NCBI GenBank assembly: GCA_040954595.2
Contig: CM082596.2
Location: forward strand, 6,274,791 to 6,338,790
Reading direction: 5' to 3'
Source: Balanoglossus misakiensis
Taxonomy: Eukaryota; Animalia; Hemichordata
Length of the DNA stretch: 64,000 nt
A program made the position numbers and the translations under genes. Each line of letters begins with the position of its first letter. The first letter of the stretch is position 1. Of the stretch, positions 54,464 to 64,000 are shown in pieces. The notes beneath the pieces are model-generated. The model saw nothing but the letters and a program-made list of their open reading frames with translations. It made no database searches and had not been told where the DNA came from.

Positions 54464-54474
54464 ACTCACTCACT
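54313..54474 (+). repeat. Dispersed repeat copy 2 with (CTGT)n(CT)n(CACT)n tail
   Basis: tctaaacaaattggagcctgtgctaagattgaa...ttgtgcctgtt...tctctttccatttg is colinear with 14826-15074. Confidence 0.8.
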
Positions 54475-56981
54475 CCAGTACTATACTGTAAAACTATTCT
54501 GTGGTTAATGTATGTGTGACACAGACCAACCAGTCTTTTGTGTGCACAGGCAGGCACTGGCTTCTGTATCGCATGCACCCCAAACAGCAATCTTTGCGAG
54601 GCACCAGTGCCCATAGATAGGAACTAGATCACGTAGGCTTTCTTTGGGTGCTTGTAAAGCCGTGATAAAAGTACAACTGTTGTTTGGGTGATTTTTTACG
54701 ACTGTCTGCCCGTTGGGGACAAGGCCAGCGAGTTTTGATGGCATGGTCTGTGGCGGCAATAAATCACTCTGTCAGGAGAGAGAGCTCTCTCTGTTGTGTG
54801 GAGTGGTGCCAACTCCGGCAGGAAGTGACCCAACCTTTTGAGGACAACTTTTTTTTCTCTCTCTCTCCTCCCCTGGCTCTAAGGAGCAGCTGCCTTCTGG
54901 ATGGTGCTTCGGAACCGATATTTAATTGGGAGTAATTTCGCCTGTAACTTAGGCTTCACCATCGTTCTCAATCGACACATCCACCACACACTTGTGTTTC
55001 CTTCAGCGTTTTATTACTTCCAGCCTACCGGTACATTCTGGATGTTTCCTCTTAAAGTGCGTATATCCATTAAAAAGCTCTGTAGAAAAAAAAAACTTCA
55101 AGCCCTGAAGGGGGAGGGGAATAAAAATAAGAAAACCCAGCCAAAGAAACAACACAAAAAATGTCCTATCAAATAACGTGAACGCAGTGACTGTTTGAAA
55201 ACGCATGCCGGTGATCAAGTGAAGCTAATCTGTGTCTGAAAACTGCGTCCATCAAATCCAGGTTTTGAAAAGGAAGGGGAGAAAGAGAGAAAAAAAACGT
55301 GGAGTGAAGACACAATGCCGCGTGTCAACTATCACATTACAAGAGTTATATTGGCTCGTCCCAAGAAAAATGGACCTCCTGTTTGTTGTTCTACTCAAAC
55401 GGACTTTGCTGTTTGTTAGTCGGGTCTGGTGAAAATTTATGGATTCATTGTAATCGGATATATTTTTTTCTCTCATTGTAAATGTGACCTGATTGATCAG
55501 TGTTCCCTTTTAGTGACTGTTGCCATCAAAACTCAATCTTATAGCTTTCATCTCAACATCTTTGTTAAATTTATCCCCATTCTCTGAAAAATTTATTTTC
55601 TTTCCAACTTTGGTCTTGACCATTTCCATTTGGTGTGTGGTTTACTGTCTGTAGGTTTTAATAATGCTCTGGCAGAAATGACTAAACTGGTCGGTAGTTA
55701 AAATCGCTAAGACCCCAGAAGGTCACTGAATTTTGTTGTTCTTTACAAAGGAATAACATTCTAGATCTTGTGGTAGTTTGGGGCGAGTGAACATTGACAC
55801 GATTGGTTGCCTATAAGCCAACACATACCTCGTCGTAACTGGCCCTATAGAAAACTAAGTGCCCTAGATTGGCAATTTTTTTTTAGTGATTAAACCACTG
55901 GGGCCTTGCAACATTGGTTGGGTTTTTATGGCGTCAGTTAGTTACAACCTTGCGTCGACCCAATTACTGCGTTTTGAAAAGCTCCAGCATATTTTTCTTC
56001 TTCTCCAAGCGTAATCTCTTCTCCTTCAACTGGATGAAATCATCATCTTTTAAATATGTGAAAATTGCCTGGAGATTGGGCATCAAGGTTGAGGTACCTT
56101 TGAAAATAGCCGGCAGAATGTGTAGACACAGTGGATGGGTGGAAGTCATTCACCCCCTGTTGCGACTTTGCATATGAAAAGAGGGAGGGTCCGTCGAGAA
56201 AGTGACATTCAGAACACATTTGATTTTTCTCGTGTTTTAGTTTATAAATCTGCGCTACAGTTTCAACTTTAATCAATCATCACCACTGAGGGTGAGAAAT
56301 ACTTTTTGAAATACTGCAGATAAGTTTTCCGGGGCGGAATTTTTTTTGTAACTGGATGCGGCCGGGAGCTTGTCCTCCCCATGCTGGGAATGGAATGCTC
56401 TTAATCACAGTTGGTAGCGGGAATCCAGTGTCATCCCTCTTGTCATTGTTGGCGCGGACAAAGCAGCGAAATTGAGACTGATGTCACGCTGGCTCTCTCT
56501 CTCTCTCGCGCCCGCGCCGCTAAAAGTGGCAGCATGCAAAGCCTTGAGAAGTAGGGTAGACGCCGCTCGCAGATGAAGGCAATTTGGCGGGGGGGGGGGG
56601 GGGGGGGGGAGCAGAGTATCTAACCCCCCCCCCCCCCCACCAGAGCTAACAGCACAAGAAGTGATTAAACAGAAAGACAGATATGACACGACATAATTCC
56701 TTGAAAACACCGCCTCGCCCGGCACAAAAGCAGGGGGATTTTAAGCGACGTAGATGCATGATCGAAGAATCCAACATCTTTTCATCGCTGTGACCCGCCG
56801 CACAAAAGACCCTGTTTCCATTAAAAGAAATCCTCCCGAAGAGATAGATTCCACGCGGGGAGAATAATTCTGTGCTGGTAAATCTCACGGATGAACTTGA
56901 AGGTCATATTTGAAAGCAGTATCGCTTTATCTGCCGTAATCTGTTAATGGCAATAACATGTTGAGGTTCTAAGTCCTCTTA

Positions 56982-57223
56982 TTAAAGGGTCACTAACTCG
57001 GAAATTTTAGTATTTTTTCAGCATTATTTTTATACATCAATTAAAGAGCCATTTCTTGCTTGAATCCCTAAAACAATGAAATACCTAACAGCAATTATTA
57101 TTAATATTAAATTCTAATCTGGATGCCAGTTCATTTGTCAACAGTTACAGTTTTTGCACATGGACAAAAATACAGTATGTTCACAGCACATAAATGTCAA
57201 ATAGTCAGCTAGGGGACCTTTAA
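56982..57223 (+). mobile_element. ~240 bp TTAA-flanked MITE (Kolobok/piggyBac-like ends)
   Basis: TTAA|AGGGTCACTAACT ... AGCTAGGGGACCT|TTAA: imperfect TIRs with TTAA on both sides; related to 15554-15892. Confidence 0.55.
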
Positions 57224-58580
57224 TCAGATTTAGGTTTCACTTATATGTTTCATTTTTACCAACGTGTTCTTTGAAATTTTCTCAAAAATGTTACGGTCAC
57301 TTTGTGCAACCAGGCCAGCATGTACATATAAACCAGAATATACTCATATTTGGCAGTTAATGATTCCAAGCAGTTTCATTTTCTGTTGTCACCCTTAATC
57401 AATCTCGGTAACATCAAAATCCCACAGTTAATCGCTGTTTTTACCTTGCCTAATTCTGAAATTACATTTTTCTTTCTGTAGGTGCAGTGGTGGGCTCTCC
57501 TGCCTGAAGCTCTGTCAACAGAAGCCCGTTAAATTTTCACCATTATCTGTATTACTTGTTTGCCTGTTCAAATCCTCTTTTGTGCGTGTCTGACCGCTAA
57601 GTGGAAGCCCTAGGTACGACAACACACCTAATGAAAATGAATCACAGAAAATTGAACATCTTCTATAAGAAGGTCTGCAAAGAAATGTAAAAACAAGATC
57701 AAACACTGAGAGTCATATTTCTGGTCGTGCACGCGTGTGTGATTTTCTACAAATGACTGTTAGCAGTGAAAATGAGCCAATTTTCCTTACAAGTTAATTC
57801 TTACAGAATAACAAAAAATCAAGTTTTGCTCTTTTTTGTACATAAGTCTCATGCAGGGTGAGAATATTGCAGTGTGTGGATATTTTCCTGTCATCTCATC
57901 ACACCCCTTTAGCAGCTCATATTGGTTCAGTCCACAGTTTTCAGGTAGGCATGGGTGGACCCATATTCAAAAGGGGGTGGGGGGATAACCTCCATGAAAC
58001 TTCCACATTTCAGAATACATGTATACAGGGACCATATAAGTGTTCAAGACGTTAGCTTTGATGCATTTTTCATACTTTCAAACTGGTTCAGTTCATTTTA
58101 TTATCGTGACCTGTTCATACCTTAAAAAATACAAACCCTCTTGACTTACCATTTATCTCATGTAAATGGACCAATGTATACTTGAAAGACAGTAAAAGTC
58201 ATGAAAGTCATGCCAAAAGTGGCAGCTGTGTGGTTACTAACATTCTTGTTGTCATGGACAAACTGAGAAATATTTTTTGTCCGTATCAGATCTAGGCTTG
58301 CTTTCAATTCTTTATTGAACGCAGGATTTGATTAAGAGCATTTAGTCTTGCAGTCTGTAAGAAGATTATTTCCCCGGGATTACCTGCATCTGTTGCATAT
58401 GTTATCAAAACAGTTATTTAACCATGATTAAATTTATCCATTCATTGCGCGGAGTATACAGATGTCATTCAGTTGACAAAGTATGTGATTGTTGAAAGGA
58501 TATAAAAGAATTAGAAGCAAAACCCTGAAATATACATATCAAAAACAATTGCCAAGCTTTGCTTTCTTGTTAATGATACA

Positions 58581-59113
58581 TTGACAAATTGTTGCAAAAA
58601 AATTAGTTGCATGGACACATTGTTTCAAAATTTAGTGCTATTGATACATTGTTGCAAAAAATTAGTTGCATGGACACATTGTTTCAAAATATTGTGGTAT
58701 TGACACATTGTTGCAAACAATTATTATTTTCATTGACACATTGTTTCAAAATTTAGTGGTATTGATACATTGTTGCAAAAAATTAGTTGCATGGATACAT
58801 TGTTTCAAAATATAGTGGTATTGATACATTGTTGCAAAAAATTTAGTTGCATGGACACATTGTTTCAAAATATAGTGGTATTGACACATTGTTACAAAAA
58901 ATTTGTTGCATTGACACATTGTTTCAAAATATAGTGGTATTGACACATTGTTGCAAAAATTTAGTTGCATGGACACATTGTTTCAAAATATAGTGGTATT
59001 GACACATTGTTACAAAAAATTTGTTGCATTGACACATTGTTTCAAAATATAGTGGTATTGACACATTGTTGCAAAAAATTAGTTTCATTGACACATTGTT
59101 TCAAAAATAGTGG
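58581..59113. repeat. Minisatellite, 9 x ~59-60 bp, each unit a dimer of ~30 bp subunits
   Basis: Unit approx. ttgacacattgttgcaaaaaattagttgca-tggacacattgtttcaaaatatagtggta; unit starts at 58581, 58641, 58700, 58762, 58821, 58881, 58940, 58998, 59057. Confidence 0.95.
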
Positions 59114-62100
59114 CATTATGTATAATCTCCATTGCAATCAAACCGATATCATAATTGCACCTAGCTGTGTGGAACATTAATTATTGTATTGACTGTGGAT
59201 TTTCAGTCCAATAAGTAGTTTTAATTAAGATATGAAATCAGCTTAATGGTACTTAAAATGCAGTCTTAATTAGTGGCATCATAAATTAGGGAATTAACAC
59301 ATCTTGATTAAAATTAGCTGAAATAACATTCTAGCTAAAAGTGATATTTTACAGTAATTGCTACTGCTGTTCATCTGCTAAAGCAAAGTGTTGCAAATGG
59401 TTGAACGTGTCAAAACAAATAAATCAAATATATTTGCAGATGAAATTTCAGACAAATTCAGGACAATTTGTTGAATGACATTTCCATGTTCCATGTCAAG
59501 AAATAGACAACAGCAGAAATGAACCTTTGTTGATTTTTATTCCCATATTAATTACACTCCCAATCTTTCACAAGCAGGCTGGATTTACAATTTGTAGGGC
59601 TGTTGTTTTCCATAGGAGACCTTAATCTGTTACAAGAATTTAATTTCTGTCAAATCGCATCAGAAACGATGCCTCCCGAATCAACAGACTGAGGCAAAAT
59701 TAAAAAATAATAACTTGTATTGTTTTATTAGCACCAGAATTTACCAAAAACATTTGACAAATCACATGTACGTAAATTACAACTGTTAGCGAGAGATCAT
59801 TATGTAGGAGATATCATAATCCTGAAACGGAAGTGTATTATGTATGCAATGTGTCACTCATAGTTTTAGCATGTAATAACCACAGCTTTTAATAGTGACA
59901 GGCAGATTTTCTGTGAGTGCGAAAATTTCATCCAATATTCATGAATGTACAGTCCAACATACTTTGACATATGTTCAAGTAGATTTCTTGCAATGCCGAG
60001 AAGGGAAAGAGGGAAGTATTAGTGAAAGAATATCGTGGATTTGAAAATATGATGTGAAAAAGAAGACGCTTTTGTGTTTCAATATACAAACCAGAAAATA
60101 AAGGTATAGAATATTTTTTTCTCCAGTTTTGACAGTGATGAGAAATTTGAAAAGTTGTGTGAGTGTTTGATAGGAATGTAATCAAAGAGAAATGATCCAG
60201 GGATAGATCTGATAGCAATCTTGAAAGTCACAAAGTGTTTTTGATAAGGGCTGTTTTTGCTACGCCTTTGCCCATTGTAATCGCATTCTCGCAGCGCCGG
60301 TAAAAAAAATTCATGTTTTCGATGAGTCATCGTGTAGTGTAGGTTACAACGTCAACGAGACAACCATACTGAGTGGTTTTGCGTTTTTTTTCTTCTGTCA
60401 GTGAAAGAGGACATTGTACATGCGACTCGAGATTTCCACCTGAAAAGAAGCTGAATTTTAATACATGCACAAAGTGAAAGCATGTCTCCACGCTTGAAAT
60501 TCACCCTCCTGGAAATTCATGCACAGACAAAGAAACACTGAAATTGTGTCATATGGTTGCAGAGTTTTTTTACTGCTGCACTGGGTTGCGCGGTCGTTAA
60601 TGATGAATTTTCAAAGATGGCTGAGGCAGAGTCACGCAGACAGCAGTTGCTATGGTAACCACTCTGGTTCCTGAAGACAGATGTGGAGATAATGCCGGCG
60701 AGAGATATATTGAAGCTATATCTCATTTTTTGAAGGAAATTCCTGAAATATGATACACTCCAGTTTAAAACTGAACCCTCGTTTATTTTGACTGAGTGAT
60801 AAACTATGCACAAATTAATCCAGTGCTTCAAATCCACAATTGAAAAATTGATTTTTTTTTTACGACATGAAAAGTGGCAACACATTGTTATGTCTTCCAA
60901 GCTTTTGATTGAGCATATTTTTACGGTCGCGATAAATCAGAATTACGATACTCCCTGTCATAGTTATTCCATTTTACGGCCTATTCTCTTGTACTCTCTG
61001 TCGTCATCCGTCTGTCTGGTGCATCGCAATGAGGGAGTCCTGTCGCGATCAGTATGCCCACATCTTTGCCGTCCGACCGGTTTCTATGGTTACCTAAATT
61101 TGGAAGAAAATGGCCAATTAGTTGTGTAGTACATGCGGCAGGGCTAGACAGCCCTCAAAATTATAGAACGGCAGGTCTGCATTCCCCCGCTGAAATTGGA
61201 GATGTGTTGGATGAATATCAATGAGGATATATACGCATCGTACCTGACTTCTGTCATTCAGCTTGTGAAAATATTTCTTTTTTGTTGTGTGTGAAGCTCA
61301 TCCATCACTATTTGCCCTGGATGATGTGTTTATATTTAAATACGTCTGTCTAGAATAATAGATTTATTGGAAAATGTGGTGTTGTTTTATGTCAAATAAA
61401 ATTGGCATCATGTGGGCAGGACTTGCCGACTATATAGTCAGAGAGCGCATCCGCAGTGCAGGTCATTTGTTAATGGCATTTTACCTTGGGCTGCCTCGTG
61501 GAAGCCGGCATCAATCATGCATTAAACGCACACAAAGCATGCGCGCGCATAAATAGAAACAGATGAACCAGTGTCGCGCTCTGGTTCGGTTAAATTCCCA
61601 TGTTGTGTGGTGACATCCACATCAAAGCTCAGTCTCAGGCCTTACTGTTAAGAACTTAAAAAAAAACACGTAGTACTAGACAAAGCGCCTACCGGTATTT
61701 AGACAGCTCGCCTTAACCTGTCACCCCTCCCCCGTATCCCCAGATAAACGGGTCCATCCCTATTAGTGTAAACAGTAGGACTGAACCAATGTGAGAAGGG
61801 GTATGAAGGGACTGATTTTGAATCCATGCCCAGCAGAACATGTCTTCTGTATTGAAGGAAAAAAAGGTGAATGTTGACTGAATAAAAAATTACATTTGAG
61901 CTTTGAATGATATAAAATTATGCTGTATTATATGGAAAAGGGATGTACATTTATTACATTTTTACTTTATTCTACTCTCTTTGCCATATTTCCGCAGTTC
62001 CGCAAACAGGTCCGTCAGAATTTATTTCAACCATCATCATTTCAGCAGCAATTTTAGTGGTGTATGTTTTTTATACCATGAGAAGCAACACAGCACCGCT

Positions 62101-62639
62101 CAAGCTTTTATCAAGACTGTAATTATACTCAATCCTTATTCCTATGAAAGTAAAATGAATAAAGAAAGTTCGCTTCCAAATGAACATCTTGTGTGTGTGT
62201 AACATGTGTATTGAAGTTAGTGCCTATATAATATAAGCACCTATAGTCGCCTATAAGTCACCTTGTCACTGATGTTGCAATCTGCCCTCCCCTCCCCTCC
62301 CTGCCAGAATATCATGTGCATGTCCCTAGCCGAATATAATAGTCAAATTTAACATTGCGAGACAGTTTCTTCTTGAAAAACAAAAATTGTCCGAAGCATT
62401 ATTATTCTAGTTCATATTGAACAATCTGGTGTAGATGAATTACGAACATGATAATTGTTTTACATGTAATGAGTTTTTTGTTAAATGTCCGATGGGGGCG
62501 CTGCACGGGTCAAAGGTTAACTGTCATGGCTGCCATTCACCTGGTGATGGTACTGGGACTGGTGCTTCTGCGTTGGAAAACTTGTATGGTAGCAGAGCTA
62601 ATTGCCTGAGACAAGTAAAAATATTTGCCGTACGACTTA

Positions 62640-62826
62640 CTTGGTACTCGCCACCACGTGTGTTGAATATAACGACTTAGAATAAGTGGGCGGGCGAGAG
62701 AGACCGTCTGAAATGTACATGTGCGTACGTGCAACTAACATCGAGTTACGTAACAGTCTGGACACGAGGACAGCCTGGCCACCCACATGGAGAGGACGCC
62801 AAGATATCAGAAAAAATAGGGTAAGA
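62640..62826 (+). promoter_or_regulatory. Candidate promoter and first exon of a downstream gene
   Basis: CpG-richer patch with CCACGTG, a GC box GGGCGGG (~62688) and donor AGG|GTAAGA (GT 62821). Confidence 0.3.
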
Positions 62827-63002
62827 TGTTACTATGCCCTTAATTTATATAAGTCTCAACGTAGCCGTAGTGCAATTGTGTAGTTCTGGGGTTTGTGGTC
62901 GGACAGCAAAACTAGTTGTTTTTTTTTTACGCGGAGGAGCTGAATTGGCTCGGGTTGTTGTTGTTGTTGTTGTTTTTTTTTGGGGGGGGGGGGAGTGAAA
63001 TG

Positions 63003-63520
63003 ATATGTCTACACAATTTTTACACTATTGGCCAACAGCGACTAGCTTGACAACTTTTGGCACCTCGCAATTATGATAAGTTTAAAGTACATATATTGAG
63101 TTTTGTACTTTTTCCTGTTAAGTGGCACATGTACACGAGTTTTCCACTATTGACCAACAGCGACTAGCATGGCAACTTTTGGGACCTCGCGATTATGATT
63201 AGTTTAAAGTATCAAGTTGTGTACTTTTGCCTGTTTAGTGGCACATATACACACGTTTTTCATTATTGGCCAACAGCAACTAGCGTGGCAACTTTTAGAA
63301 TCACAGGTTTTTCAACTATTTCCAATTGTGTACTCTTGCCTGTTAAGTGGCACATGTACACAAATTGTTCACTATTGGCCAACAGTGACTAGCATTGCAA
63401 CTTTTGGGACTTCGCGATGATTAAAGTATCAAGTTGTGTACATTTGCAATTGCTTGTTAAGTGGCACATGTACACGAGTTTTTCATTATTGGCCAAAAGC
63501 AACTAGCACAGAACTTTTTG
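63003..63520. repeat. Diverged tandem repeat, ~4.5 x 109-122 bp
   Basis: Anchor (a)ctattggccaacagcgactagc recurs near 63024, 63146, 63262, 63371 and 63485; aagtggcacatgtacac also recurs. Confidence 0.9.
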
Positions 63521-63804
63521 TTTACTTGTAATAAATCGATGAAATCGGTTCCGGAAGATTACAAAATTTTGGATATTTTTCTTGGAAAAGCAAAACAAAA
63601 AGAATACATATTGTGTAATCTTTTGAACGTCAAAATATCTGTATTTAACGAATTTCAGCTTTGGATATCTAAAATGCATGTTCCAGGGGTTTTCTCTCAG
63701 TCTGTTATTTGAAAATGTATGGGAAAGTATGTGTTTGTCGTTTTTGTTTCTCAAGCACTCAAATTAAGCATACTGACACCTGGTATTTGATTTTGAGCCT
63801 TCAG

Positions 63805-63880
63805 GTCAGAGTTCCAAATGTGAAGAGACAGAAGAAGACAGAGGTTGCCAATCAAGATGATTTGAGAGATTTATTTCCAG
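63805..63880 (+). other. Candidate 76-nt exon of an unidentified downstream gene
   Basis: Branch-like actgac (63772-63777), acceptor ccttcag (AG 63803-63804) and donor CAG|GTATGT (GT 63881). The body is purine-rich and only frame 0 is open (VRVPNVKRQKKTEVANQDDLRDLFP). Confidence 0.45.
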
Positions 63881-64000
63881 GTATGTATGGATACTGTGTT
63901 TCTGACAAAAATGGTGTGCATTTTCCTCATGTGAAAACACATTGCAGAATATGTGTCTGTCTTTTTTGTTTCTCAAGCACTCAAATCAAGCACACTGACA

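Noticed and set aside
58581-59113. CRISPR-like look of the ~30-bp periodic repeat
   Set aside because: The linkers are ~10 bp and alternate between two types rather than being unique spacers; there are no cas genes and the context is eukaryotic.
5145-61627. TCF/LEF-like sites (ATCAAAG 5145, 33801, 61621; CCTTTGAT 24914) as evidence of Wnt feedback
   Set aside because: These 7-mers are expected many times by chance in 64 kb of AT-rich DNA, and I saw no tight cluster.

Overview
Eukaryotic, gene-poor, AT-rich window, most likely from an invertebrate deuterostome (hemichordate/echinoderm/amphioxus-like; taxon is inference). The only complete gene is an intronless Frizzled-1/2/7 Wnt receptor (+, 28567-30234, 555 aa). 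About 25 kb upstream on the same strand is a short exon missing from the ORF track (3624-3700). It encodes the C-terminus of a PFTAIRE kinase (CDK14/15), reproducing the vertebrate CDK14-FZD1 and CDK15-FZD7 head-to-tail pairs. A splice donor 31 nt after the kinase stop and a strong acceptor at 22954 suggest a ~19 kb 3'UTR intron containing enhancer-like sequence. The rest is non-coding: a complete ~2.07 kb non-autonomous Helentron/DINE-1-like element, TTAA-type MITE relics, a microsatellite-carrying dispersed repeat, two minisatellites, simple repeats, and several unassigned candidate exons (49.5-57.6 kb and 62.7-63.9 kb). I found no rRNA, tRNA, CRISPR or prokaryote-type system. Nearly all short ORFs in the supplied track look like noise. 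I cannot support a claim of a wholly new biological system; the best lead is the ancient kinase-receptor linkage and its regulatory architecture.
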